64,000 nt of DNA. Origin: Phyllosticta citribraziliensis. Its lineage: Eukaryota. A program made the translations under genes and the position numbers. Below, piece after piece: positions 35,203 to 47,713 of the stretch. Every line of letters starts with the position of its first letter. Within the stretch, counting starts at the first letter, position 1. Location: NCBI RefSeq assembly GCF_038025025.1, contig NW_027117341.1, positions 558,001 through 622,000 of the forward strand. Direction: 5' to 3'. The notes under the pieces were generated by a model, which saw only the letters and a list, made by a program, of their open reading frames with translations, was not told the DNA's origin and made no database searches.

Positions 35203-38200
35203 CTTGGCCCTGAGGTTGTGATCTGTCATCTCATAGATTCAAGAGCATTCAGGATTTTTCCCGAAGTGTCCAGACTTTTTCTTTTCACATTCATGTGGGA
35301 CATTCGTCTGTGAGAAACTACCGCCCTCCAACAGCCGATAGAGCAATTTATCACACCTGGCTATCTGCACTACTACTCCGCCTTGAGCACCCGGTTGTCT
35401 TCCGTTATCTCTCTTTCCATCTGTGTCAAGTCACAAGACGTCGAGTTTCAGCTCACTCGAAACAAAGCTACGTAGCCGAAGCGGCCTTACATGCAAAGCA
35501 TGTCACAACCTCCGCTGATTTGCCTCAAGTCTCAGTGATTTAAGCATTCCTCCAGGCATCACCAATGCCAAGGGCGCTGAGAGCTCCACAGCACCCTCTC
35601 GTCAGTGTTTCAGACCCCCAGGGCTGTATGTTCCGCTTTGTCAGCCCTGCAGCAAACAGCCCTGCCGCATGTGCCACACTCATGGGATCCTTCATGCAAA
35701 AAGCTACGTGCCGTCCCGCTGCATGATGTTTGCTCATACGGCGTAAGGGGCCAAAGCAGCCGCAGGCGTTCGTGGCGATGGTGATTCAGGGGTTCGGCGC
35801 CGCAGCAGATCGGGCGGCAGGGGATGCTGCGTCTGGGTGATTCCCACCCCTGGAGCTCCAGCCTGCAGCTGTCCGTCTGCAGGTCGCAGGAGACTGTTGA
35901 CAAATCGGCACTTTTACTGCTAGGTTGCCAATCTCGTTGCGACTCCTCTGTGATTGGGACAGGTTCGCTTATCGTGCGAGTGCCAGCGTACGCGCGGTTG
36001 CGAGATCTGATGGTGGTTGGGCTGTTTGCTAGACCCAGCGAGTAGACGAGCAGACTGCGGTGAGGGTTCCTTCGAGATACCGACGTCTGCTTGATGTCGC
36101 AATCTAGGATTGGTTAGTTTCTACCCTGTGCCTCGTCAATAGTTCCGGTGGCTTTTGACAATCCGCACGGCCTGCAGAGCCGGCAAACCAAGCATAGCTG
36201 GAGAGTAAGCCGAGGCAGACAAAGGGAAGCGGGTCCGAAGCGGACAGACTAATCTGGGGATGAGCGGGGCAGGTGGGATAATATAGGGACTTTTGACTTG
36301 GTGTGGTAATGTCCGCGATGGCGGGCCAGGCGGAACCGTGCTCGGCGCGGGCCTGGATTCTAGCCACTTGCTAGGAATGCCAAACTGTGGAAACAAAGTT
36401 CTTCGGCTGCTTCGACTCCAAGGTTCCGGTGAAGATTCGCAAAGGAAGAACTTTGAGTCTCCTGTGCAGCTACCAGGCAGAGTTCGTGAGCAGGACCATC
36501 GATGATGAGTGCCCGTGGGCTAAAAGTGACAGCTCCTACTGGAAAGACTTGGTCACTGTGTTTGTGATGATTTAGATGGAAACGGTCAAGACTTCTTGAG
36601 TGAACCACTTCTTCGGATCTCCAGGGGTTGATGGTCGTAGGCCGTCAAGCGTTACACCGCCGTGGGTCGCTCATAGAGCTGATTCGGGACCCTGGCCCGG
36701 CATGCCGGTCAAGTGCTCAGAGCATTCGGCAATCCTGCTCGTGCCGACGAGGTCGGAAGCTGCCTCCCTGAAGGGCGATGGCCAGGCTCGCTATTTCGGT
36801 AAAAGATCACGGGGTCAGACAGCGATCTTTCGGGGTAGCGAGATGGAGCACGAGCTTGAGTATGGTGTCAAGTCTGCCCAAAATCCAAAATCAATGAGCA
36901 CCCTTAGACTAAATGGCAAGCAGTACCGTGCGCTGGAGAGGACACGTCAGGAGCATTTGTGGGTTTGTCTGAGCAAGCGACTGTGGTGGATGAAAATTGA
37001 GTTGACCGATACCAGCTGCAAGGAACCCGGTGGCTGAACAACCCAGGGATGGACCCAGTGAGGAGCGTCAAAGACAGTGACGAAGTGGATGCGGCGTGGG
37101 TTGAAGGAGCAAACGGACCTGCCCAAGTGGACGTCTCCAGCGGAAAAGTCATGGCCCGATCTCCGACATCGACCGCACTCGACCCGCGTCGTCCCCGACT
37201 TCTCCGCCCCCATCCTTTTGGTCTCTGAAGCACTCGTCCATGATCAGCTCCCGTCGACACTGACGTCCGTCCTTTGCCGCTGAGCCCAAGCCCTTTTCGC
37301 GCCTCCAACCGAGCGCTCGCATCTCAGCCCCAATTCAAAATCCAAGAGCTGCCGGATCATCATGCGCAGAGGTCACAGTGATTGCGTACACAGCAGATCG
37401 TGCTCTGCTTCTCTGAAAGAGGAAAAAGGGGACGCCAATCAATGGCGGTGCGCCGAGGTTTGGTAACCAACAGGTCCATCCAAGGTCTTTCTTCCGATGC
37501 TTCCATCTTTCATGCACTCCTAGGGGCAGCCATGCATACTGTGCCACACTTTCAGAGTAGCCATTTGGCAGTCCATTGCCTACTTTGCTACAGGTGAAAT
37601 TATTTCACTACACCAGGTTATTGGCCAGCAAGAAGATGCAGCGGTCCCTATTGGTTCGCGTCGCGACGTGGTTCGGTCCGAGTTCAGTCCGCTGCTCTGC
37701 GGTTGACGCGCCAGGCGAAACATCCAAGCGGAATGCAATCCGCAGTCCTTCGAGCCAGAACATTCACAACACCATTCTTCGAACAATTTTCTCTGGTCTG
37801 GGCCAAATAAAATTCCGTGGTTGTTTTGTTGGATTTGCCGGTCCGCTGCTCGTCCCTCGCCAAAATCTCCAATGCAAATCTTGCCACACCGAAACTTGGA
37901 ACGTCTTGAAGTCTTTGCTACCTTTGCGCCGTCCTCGCTTGCAGTTTGCATATGGAAACCATTCCGGGATGATCTCATGGCTTTGACCACCGTCTGCGCT
38001 TTATTATCCATCGCATCCTGTAACTGCAAGGCAGCGGGACCTGGTGGGGGTGGCACCAGTAGGCTCCGACTTGCTCTCCTTGCGGGCATGGCAGGGATCA
38101 TTGCGGAATCCTGTGCCGCTCTGCTCCAGCATGGAGCCGTGGATGCACACTCAGACGTCCCAAATTAACGGCGTGGGTGATGGCAGTCGTCAGATATGTA

Positions 38201-38772
38201 CCTGCAGAACCCAGGCTGCAAAACATGCTTGGAGTTCCTTTCTGCCGGTTCCACGACGCGCCATCATCGCCGAAGAAGCATCATCGAAGCCTTCGAAAAA
38301 CTTGTCCGGGTTCAGGGTCCGGTGCCACTCATTTTCACTGCAAGACCGACCCTCCGCTTGCCCGTTGCGTTCTAGGCTGTTAGCAATCGGCACCCCTCGT
38401 CCTCGAGTCCGAGCTTCTCAGCTGCTAGAACGAGATCCTTTTCAGCCTGCTTTTTTGTCCCATAGCGCCCGACCCCGGCTCTCTATCAACCCAGCTTCCC
38501 CGCCGTCCGGCCAGCCGACGAGTTTCAAGCTTCCCTTGAGTGGTGTCCTCTCTTTAGCATACTTGCTCTAGGACTCCTTCAACAATACGAAAGCAAGAAT
38601 TCCGCCACGGGAATCCTTGCCTGACATCGTACGACCTTTCTCTTGGGACCCAGGCCTCAATTCCCCGCCTCTCCACACTTTGTGAAGTCAACATCAGAGG
38701 CCTTCCGCTGGAGGCCACCCTCTGGAAACCTCGAGTCGACTCAGCGAGCGGCCTCGACGCCCGACACCGAAA

Positions 38773-40204
38773 ATGATATACGAAGACCATGCGGGGAACG
38801 TGACGGCAATGGTCGTCACGTTGACGATTGTTGGCTTTGTTCTGTTTGTTCTGCGACTCATCGTACGAATGAGGCATGCGGCATGGGGTATCGACGACAC
38901 ATGCATGGTCATTGGAGCGGTATGAATAAAGATCAGAATTGGTCGACATGATGCTGATTTGTGGGCAGTTTCCATTCGTTGTTCTTTGCGCCGTGTCTCT
39001 TGGAGGTTCTTTTAATGGTGTCGGTATACACAAGTGGAGATTCGAAGATCCAGACCTGGCCAAGTACCAGTCTCTTGGTCTCAAGGTATGATTCGTCCAA
39101 CCTCGCGCAGGCCTGTCGCTAATGAGATTAGTGGTTTTTCCTTTTCGAAGTCTTTTACTGCGCCTCCATCATCCCGATCAAACTGAGCATTGCTTGGCAG
39201 TTGATCCGTATTGCGGCGGGAAGAAAGCACTATGTTTACTGCCAATATGTCGTCATGGGGTTGTTTACAGTCATGAACGTAATCGCGTTGTTCTTCATCA
39301 TCTTCCACTGCTGGCCAGTTTCGTAAGTTGCCCCTGGCTTCCGTCTATCCTCAAGCTGATTTTCCAAAGGTATGTCTGGAACACCGACCCCGATGTCCCG
39401 GGTAGCTGCCGCCCATCTACGGAGCTCGCCGACGTGTACTACGCGACGACCGCTGTCAACATTTTCACTGACTGGGTCTGCGCCTTCTTGTACGTGTCCT
39501 ATGGCTCTCTTCCCTTCCACACCACTGACAACAAAAAGGCCAATTCCTCTGCTCTGGAATGTCAAGCTCAACCGCAACGCCAAGGTCTCTGTTGCTGGTA
39601 TCTTGGGACTCGGTTTCTTGTAAGCTCGCCTCCATCTTTGCGGGTAGCACAATCTAACCCTGAGTAGTGCATCCCTCAGCGCGTGCATTCGCCTCAAGTA
39701 CACGGTCAACCTCAACAACTCTACCGACTACCTCTGTGAGACTCCTTTATCATCCTGCTTTGCACACGGTACTAACCAAGCCAAGATTCTGTGGCCGACA
39801 TCGTAACCTGGGGTTACGGTGAAAACGGACTTGGTTTCATCGTCGGCAACGTCTCAACGTTGCGTCCACTTTTTCGCAAGCTCCTCCACCTTGGAGGCTC
39901 AGACAGTGACTCCAAAGGTGGGGCGCTGTCCAACAGCTACGGCTTTCCTACAGGCGGCCGAAAAACCTACCGAGAATTCGACTACGAGCTTGAAGGCCAA
40001 CCAAGCGGTGCGTCATCAAATGCCGACAAGTTCGCCGCGGTCGCCACCCAAACTCAGATCCGCGGCGGTGGTCGATCCGAGAGCGTGAGCTCTGACAGTG
40101 AGAGCCAGAAGAAAATCCTGTCGGGGAGCCATCAAACGGGGAACCAGGGCATCATGGTCAGCCATCAAGTGAACATTACGCACACCGAAGAGAGAGTATT
40201 CTAG
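38773..40204 (+). CDS. Pth11-like integral membrane receptor (fungal rhodopsin-domain family, no CFEM), about 6-7 introns
   Basis: MIYEDHAGNVTAMVVTLTIVGFVLFVLRLIVR...WGIDD; IKLSIAWQLIRI; FIIFHCWP; NIFTDW; PIPLLWNVKLNRNAKVSV; ENGLGFIVGNVSTLRPLF; Ser/Gly-rich tail. Confidence 0.88.
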
Positions 40205-43200
40205 AAGAGCAACACGTCGGCCTGGTCGAAGACGAAGGACATCGGGAGCAGAGGTGAAACTTGAAAAGTACTTCTTTTGGTTGCCAAAAGTTGTCGGATG
40301 ACGGAGAGCAAGGCGCAACCGGAACACGCAATTTCCCGGCATACTTCATGCTGGTTGTTTATAGATACCACGGTCTTCATTTCTCATGCGCAATTAATAA
40401 TCCTTTTCAGACGTCGGTTTGAGGGTCAGATTCTACACATTCTTTATACGACACCCGACAACCGATTCTACAGTAATTTGAAGCTTTGAACTTTTGTTCT
40501 CTTCAAAGAGGAAGTTCCATTAAGGTTTACCAGTGGCTTCGAGATCCGCGAATATCATCCGCTCAGAGTCATGATCCAGAGGTTCAGAGTCATGAAATGA
40601 GAGTCATGCTGCAGGTCTTCTCGAAAGCCAAGACTTGCATCTTCAAGTCCGACTTGTTCGACTTCAGAGTCCTCAACAAATTGCAAAGTCTTCGGAAGGC
40701 TGGCCGGTAAATCACTTGGCAGTCGACCATCCCCCACGCATGCGAAGCTTGACCAAAGAGCGTCGCGGATGAAGTTTTCCAGCAACAAGCCACATCGCCA
40801 TGCACACGCCATCGTGACGGTGACCCCTGTTGGACCCGCAAAAGTCCTGTCATTGGCTCCACTTATCCACTTTGCCTTCCTTCGCGGTTCCCGGCCCGGA
40901 TCGCCCGACCTTCGGATGTGCCGAAGAATCTTTTTTTCTCTGCAAAAGCTGTGAGCAGCAGCCCACAGACACAAAACCCACCGGCACCCCACAGGCCACA
41001 GCAAGAGGGACGACGAAGCCGCCATTCGCTCGCAGCAGACTGTGGCGTCGAGATCTTTGCTTCACAAGGCGAGAGCCCCCTCATGTTCCAGCCCGCGCCT
41101 CCGTCGATCGCCATCAAAGAACCAACCCCGCCCCAGCTCTCGTAACAGCGTCGTATCCCGCACCGCTACAAGAATGCACTGCGATCCTGCATCTTTCTGG
41201 AATAGCCAAAGAGTTATGCGGCGGGCTTGCCTGCCGGCTCTTCCACGAAGGCCGTGAGACTGGTATGATGTCACCTGAGAGGGCAGAGAAGCAGACGGGC
41301 ACCGCCGTGGTTGACGCGGCCGTGCTCGGGTCCGTCGTCCCCCTCTCTCTGTCTCCGGTGGTGCTTTGCTGCTTGGCTGTTCGCCTACGTCCAGGAAGAA
41401 TGAAGCTGGAATCGCCCCCAAACTCCACACCATTGGACCCGCAATAATCGAATAGTGGTGGCACGGGAACACAACACGGAATTTTGCGCACCGCGACACT
41501 GGATCTGACGGGTACGCGGCCTCGTCCCGTGTGCCGCGCCGCCGCTAGGATATGTGTGGAACCACCATTGCTCGGAATGGGTACGTTTTCTGGTACCTTC
41601 AGTACCAATCCTGGCCGCTTGGTTCATGACACGGTCAAGTCTCCAAAACCTGCAGCTGTGGAGAGTGATGATTCCAACGGTAACTAGGAAAAAGGCCGTC
41701 GTCGGATGTGCCCATCGGTAGATGAAAAAGGCTGATCATGTGCTGATGTTTAGGTTGTGCAGCTGGAGTCAAACATTTCATGTGGCCGCGTCCATGAAAT
41801 TTCAGTGGCCACAAAGTCCATCTCGCTTGGCTTATCAAGTTTTGCTCGATTCCTTGACTCGCTGCGTTTTCTCCTTGACATGGCCTTTCCAATGGATCAA
41901 TCCAAGATGTCTGTCGCCACCGACGTCGGAGTCGAAAGACTCTTCTACTCTGTGGTTCACATTGGCTTTTAACCAGCTGCAAGCGTGGCGCATACAAGGC
42001 TTGTCAAACTCATCTCTGGTTCTCGAGTATTTGAACTAGGGCCCCCCAACGAATGCAAAAAAACGGATTCTCTACACAGAGCTTTGTCTGTGAGATTATC
42101 CGGCTTCAAAAAGGAAAGAGAGACAACCTTGCATCACAGTGCTCAAACGATGCGGATGAAGTGTTGGAGTGACGTTCCGCATCCCGCCCAGCCTCGGTCT
42201 CCCAGGTCGCCTTGAGAGCCACTAACTTGTTTGGGAAACTGCTGCTACGAGCTCTCAAGATCATTGGAAGATTTCCTTGGCCAAGTCGATCACAGTTGGC
42301 CGCCTTGGAGTTAGACTGCCATAAGTCATGCGGATGACAAAGTTGCCGCGTGCTAGGGCGGGTAGATTTCGCCGCGCTGTCAGCAGTGATTAGACAGGAC
42401 CTCCCTGCAAGACATCTTACCCTGCTGTGTCTTTATCCCTTCGAACATCACGCGTGTCTATCCTTAGACGCGTCATGCCCTCTCGATCAAGCGGCCTTCA
42501 GAGAAGAAGGCACGATGAGATTTCAACCGCTGGTTGCTGACTATGCGCAGACACGAAGTTGGAATCGAAAACGGTCTCTTTGTCGTGGTTCGTGGTGAAG
42601 ATTCCTTGTCACCTCAAGGTTGAACTACGGCCCGTGTCTCAAGCTTGAAACTTGCCCAGAGGACGATGAAACTCAATTGCGGCTGCCAAATTCGTCTTCC
42701 TGCCCTACCGCATCACTTTGGGCAAAGTCATAGAGATGGATTCTTATACCTGCTGAGGCCAAGCAGAGACATTTGACAGACCAGGAGTTCTGTAATTGTT
42801 GATCAGTCCGTTTTCACATCCTGGGTCGCATTCATGCTTGTCTGCGCGTATAGCAGTCATCCATAACGCCATATTCTCGTGCCATCCAATGTTGATGGTC
42901 AGAATAGTCGTGGAACAAAACTAATGTTTGCCAAAATCTGGAAAGCGACCCAAAGGAGGAGGCCAGTCAAGAGACACAACTCACTAACCCACCAGTCCGC
43001 ATCCACACCACGCACTGTCCCATCTTGCAATCTATCTTGCTCACACGCCAAGTGCAACACCAACGGCGCTGTAGCTCCTACTCTAACCCGAATTCGCGAT
43101 GCCGGAGTTGGTAACGCCGGGAGACTATCACTGCTAGCGGTTACAGTAACAATTCGATCCCGCTTTTGTGCATCCCTTTTGCGAACAATGCCATCCTCAG

Positions 43201-45285
43201 CTCGGTACCGACATGCACTTTATCCCGACCACCGACATGTTTGGGGAGTTGCCAAATAAACTCGACGCGATCAACGACAAGGCACAAAGGTACGCCCAAC
43301 CCGATCTGCTATTGGCAACCAGTGCGAGAGATTCGAGTTTGATTGCACTCGATGAATGCGTGACCCGAGGTATCTATCTACTCGATCATCACAATGTGCC
43401 AACTACTCTAGTGCCATGTCGCATTTCCTCAGCACAAAAGCTGATTTGGCCTAATGGTACCTGCATTTGCATGCAAAGCACATTTGACAGCTGGTCAGAT
43501 TTTGTAGCGTCAGATAGTGGCCGTCAATCCCTTAGCATGACCATTAAGCACGACGACAGAACGCACATTGCCTGCAACACCACAAACCGACTCATTCACC
43601 TTTCTGGAACGTGCAAGGAGCAGCTTCTCGAAGCTGTAGATATTTCCACAAACGCCTCCTGCCGCAGCCAACCGCACGCCGCACGTCTTGTCGGAAGCCA
43701 CAGGTCGGTTGCATAACGCAAAAAGGCAGGTTGGGCGTCATTATCATGCCCAAGTAAGCTGTTTTGCACGCAGCAATTGTTTAAGCACTTCAGCCCCTGC
43801 CGGAGCCAAGCCGTCGGTCATCAGAGCTCCGACTTTTGACATTACCCCTGTCCCGGAATAGCTTGGTGGGGCTATCCTGGTGAGGAACTATCGAATCAGC
43901 TCGCGGTGACGAGAAGGAGAAGAAGTGCCACGGTCCACTGCCTGTTGGCAGAGGGTGCTGGCGGGGATGGGCTCTGAGTAGAGTGTAACTTGTGTTCGCC
44001 TGGCCAAAGATAGATGGGACACTGGTTGCTAACATCGAAAATCGAGTTTCCGCCGTGCAGAATTTCAACGAGAGACATGAAGGTGAAAGAAGATTTCTGA
44101 CGACGGTCGAAGGGCTTTATTCTCCTATTCACCCAATCGCCTCTATGCGAATTATCCGCTGCAACTCCAATGGATGTGTCATTACAGCACAAAACTGGCC
44201 GCAACGAGCACTTTCTCCACCATCTTGTTGAACAGCCAAGCCCTACATCCCAGCGACCCCGATATCCCAGCCAGCACCACGCTTCCCCCTCCATCAATTA
44301 AACTTCAGCGCCCCGTCCCAATCTCGCCGTTCGCCAATTCGTCACTCCGTCACTCCGCGTCCATCCACCCAAGCGCTCCCATCTTTGTCATTGTCTCCTC
44401 TCCAGCACACCCATCCAAGAGCAGCGTCATCAACGACACCACCACCACAATCATCTGCACATCACGCCAGCCAAGCGCCGCGTAGCATCTAGCGCAAACT
44501 CTATCGGACTAGCACAGTCCGCACACGGAGTAGTCTGCTCGGTTGACGGACTGTTGTCCCCCCGGCCCAATCAGCTGGCACACAGCTCTTCGCTATATAG
44601 TAGCAGATATATTTGCCAGAGCGACGACTGGCGAACCAGCACGGCGGGGTCGCCATATTGTCGCCGCGCTCCGCGTCGCACCACGAAGTTGTCAAGGTGG
44701 CGGAGCGACAGGAGAAGTCGAGCTGAGCTGAACTACCTCAAGCGCTCTGGCGAATATGCATCTCTGCGGGCTTCGCGGCATCACAACTGCCGGCATGAAA
44801 TGAGCCCAAGACACCACAAAGCCGTGTGAACGCTTAGTGCAGGGGCACAACTGCGAGAAGCGCCAGTAGCGCGGCAGGAGGTGTGGTAAGAGTGCAGACA
44901 ACCCTCTCCAACCAGCGCGCGCGGGACCCCTGTCCGTCGAGACATGCGCAGCACTCGGCATCCTTGCGCGCCCACCACCGCAGGCTGGGCGGGCGCGGCT
45001 AGCCCCTCCATTTACCTAGGCAATACTTTCTTGCAAGCATAGCGGCGGACACCGTGTAGCGGGTAGACCATGCCGACTATCAAAAGCGGCATTGCTGCTG
45101 TTCATCACCTCCCCTGGCATCACTACGATCCATCAACACCACCTTTCTGCTGGCGACCATCTCCTGCTAATACGCTTTCTCGCTACCGCCGCCGCCTTAC
45201 TCTGATACCCGGATCGAGGTAGTCATGGCGGACGGAGCCTCGCAGCACACGTCGCTGTCGTCGTCGTCGTCGCCGCCGCTGTCCC

Positions 45286-46728
45286 ATGGCCACCACCGTT
45301 GTTCCCCCGCCGAAATACGACCCCCGGATCGCGCTCCCTGCGCTCGTTGGCAGCGTCCTCTCTTGCGTCGCGACTAGTGCTGTGCTCGTGTGCTACGTGC
45401 TGTATCGTGGACAGCAGCGCTCATTTCGACACGCTCTTGTTTTTAATCTGGCGTTGGCGGGTGAGTTCTTCCCTCCATCTTGGGACTTTGGCAGGAGACA
45501 GAAGAAACAAGCAAAAGAGAGGAATGGAAATGGAGCAGTAATTGGGAAAGGAGACTGGGGGGGACTGTCAAAGTCACAGGCTGACGGGTGTTCCCGCTGT
45601 ACAGAGTTTGTCAACACACTCAACAACTCCATCTCCGGCTCCCTCAAAGTCGCCAACCACGGCGGCCTCACTCCCGGCTTCCTCTGCTCTCTCAATGGCT
45701 TCATCGGCCAACTCTCGATCCAAGCAGCCGACTTCTCGATCCTCGCCATCGCGCTCGTCACTCTCCTAACAGTGAAGCACTTCGCCTACATGCCACGGGC
45801 GTCATGGGGCAAAAAGCTCGCCATCTGCCTGTCCGTGTACATTGTGCCCGTCGTGACGAGCACGGTGAGCGTCTCGCTGCGCGTCATGGCGCCCGTCAGC
45901 GGCAACTGGTGCTGGATCAGCGAGGACAAGACGGCGCTGCGCTACGCCCTCGGCCACGGCTGGCGCTTCGCCGTCATGTTCGGCACCATGTTTATCTACA
46001 TCTACCTGGCCGCCTACATGCGCAAGAACTTCTTCTCCTCGTATCTCAGCGACGTGTCGTCTGGCGCCTCGTACGGTACATCGGACGCCGTCGGCGACGA
46101 CGACGACGACGACCGCACCGAGAGCCAGATCGAGCTCGCCAACATCCTCAAGAACCCCGCCGCCATCGAGCGCGACGACTCGCCGCTGCGCGGCGAGCTG
46201 CCCTTGCACCACCACGCGCATTACCACTCCCGCCGGCCGTCGCAGTCAAACGCCGGCAGCACGCCCGCGCGTCGCGGCACCCATCACAGCTCGCGGCGGC
46301 CGTCGGCCGCAACGACGGGCAAGGGTATCCCGGCCACGACGACGGTGGACCTCTTCGCCAACCCGTTCCCAGCCAACGAGGCGGTCCCCAGCGACGGTTC
46401 GCCGTTGCCGATGGGCACGACCGCGCAGCCTGCTGCAACGCCCGGCGCGGGCATCTCGGGCGCGGCGCAGTCGCGCAAGGTCGAGCGCGAGGTCAAGCGC
46501 ATGATGATGCTGAATGCGTATCCCGTGCTGTATGTGCTGCTCTGGATCCCCGGCGCGGTGAACCGGTTCGTGGAGGCGTCGGGGCACAAGGTGAAGTGGT
46601 TGGCGATTGCGCAGAGCAGCACGCAGTACGTGGGGTTGGCGAATGCGCTGACGTACGGGTTTAACGAGCATTTATGGCGGAGGATTCGACACGATGTCAG
46701 AGGGTGGTTTAGGAGGGGCAAGTCGTGA
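45286..46728 (+). CDS. Git3/Gpr1- or cAMP-receptor-like 7-TM GPCR; intron 45461-45604 (432 aa)
   Basis: SFRHALVFNLALA|EFVNTLNN; CSLNGFIGQLSIQAAD; GNWCWI; long third cytoplasmic loop; MLNAYPVLYVLLWIPG; GLANALTYGFNE. Confidence 0.88.
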   Translation: MATTVVPPPKYDPRIALPALVGSVLSCVATSAVLVCYVLYRGQQRSFRHALVFNLALAGEFFPPSWDFGRRQKKQAKERNGNGAVIGKGDWGGLSKSQADGCSRCTEFVNTLNNSISGSLKVANHGGLTPGFLCSLNGFIGQLSIQAADFSILAIALVTLLTVKHFAYMPRASWGKKLAICLSVYIVPVVTSTVSVSLRVMAPVSGNWCWISEDKTALRYALGHGWRFAVMFGTMFIYIYLAAYMRKNFFSSYLSDVSSGASYGTSDAVGDDDDDDRTESQIELANILKNPAAIERDDSPLRGELPLHHHAHYHSRRPSQSNAGSTPARRGTHHSSRRPSAATTGKGIPATTTVDLFANPFPANEAVPSDGSPLPMGTTAQPAATPGAGISGAAQSRKVEREVKRMMMLNAYPVLYVLLWIPGAVNRFVEASGHKVKWLAIAQSSTQYVGLANALTYGFNEHLWRRIRHDVRGWFRRGKS

Positions 46729-47713
46729 TCGGGGGGTTGGGGTGCTGCTACTGCTGCTGCTGCTGCCGTAGACGGTGGCGGCTTAGGGTTTGGTTTGGAT
46801 GTACGGTGCTGGCACTCTCTTGCAAGATACCCCCTTTCTTTCATGACCTTGACGTCCCACGGGAGACGGCGACGGCAGATTCCATCACATCAGCGCTGCG
46901 AAATTGGTGCTCTTTCATCAAAAATTTTAGTTCCTCAATTAGGGGGTTGGGTGTAATGTGAGACAATTTAAGGGGGTAGGCTCACCACTCTCACCGCGTC
47001 CTCTGAATCTCTGCCCAACGCTCCCTGTTCGTCCCCTAGAATCCAAAGCACACGTCGCGTGCGCAGGACACAAACGCGGCGCGCAAAAAAGCTTAGCCAT
47101 TAAGCATACCCCACGAACTCTATCCAGCCAACTCAAAAGGCAATCTGTGGTGGACAAAGCTTCAACAGCGGTATGAGTCAGATGAGTCAGTGGGGGAAGA
47201 GACAAAAAAGTTTATTGCAACCAACTTTCGCGTTGCGGAGTTGAGAGTGCCAGAGCGGTACCAAGTTTCGAAACATGAAAGGCGAAACGCGGAGGAAAGA
47301 AATATGAAGAGGAAGAAGCAATAATAGAAAAGGAAAGAGTGGAATAAATGACGTGCCAGGTGACAGAGGTATCATGGATGAAATACTGCGCGTAGGTACA
47401 GAAAACAGAGAGGAAGAAAAACAGGAGAAAGACGGAGGAAGAGGCGCTAGCGAGGCAGCCCTGCGCAAGGCCGACTAGTAGATGGCAAGACATACAAGGT
47501 ATCCAAGCCCATCTTCTCGCCTGGTTTGTTTGTTTGCCTGCGTCGCTGCAGCAGCCTCGCGTGTCCTCGTCTGTACAACCAGGTCGTCTTCAAGATTCTT
47601 CGAAATTGCCGTATAACCAAACGCCGTGGAATTTCTTTCGCTCTCTATGGTGGTCGAATCCTCAAATCTTGCATGCATCTGATCTGATAATCGCATCTCT
47701 CGAGTCCGTCCGT

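Noticed and set aside
35300..38700. Telomerase RNA in the long intergenic region with hairpins
   Set aside because: No TAACCCTAA-type template on either strand; the nearest similar word (TTAGGGTTT near 46783) is in the GPCR 3' flank.
43168..43716. 182-aa ORF in the intergenic region
   Set aside because: No recognisable motif, non-ATG opening and weak codon bias; not supportable as a CDS.
45588..46664. 358-aa Arg-rich alternative-frame ORF inside the GPCR
   Set aside because: Typical off-frame product of high-GC codons.
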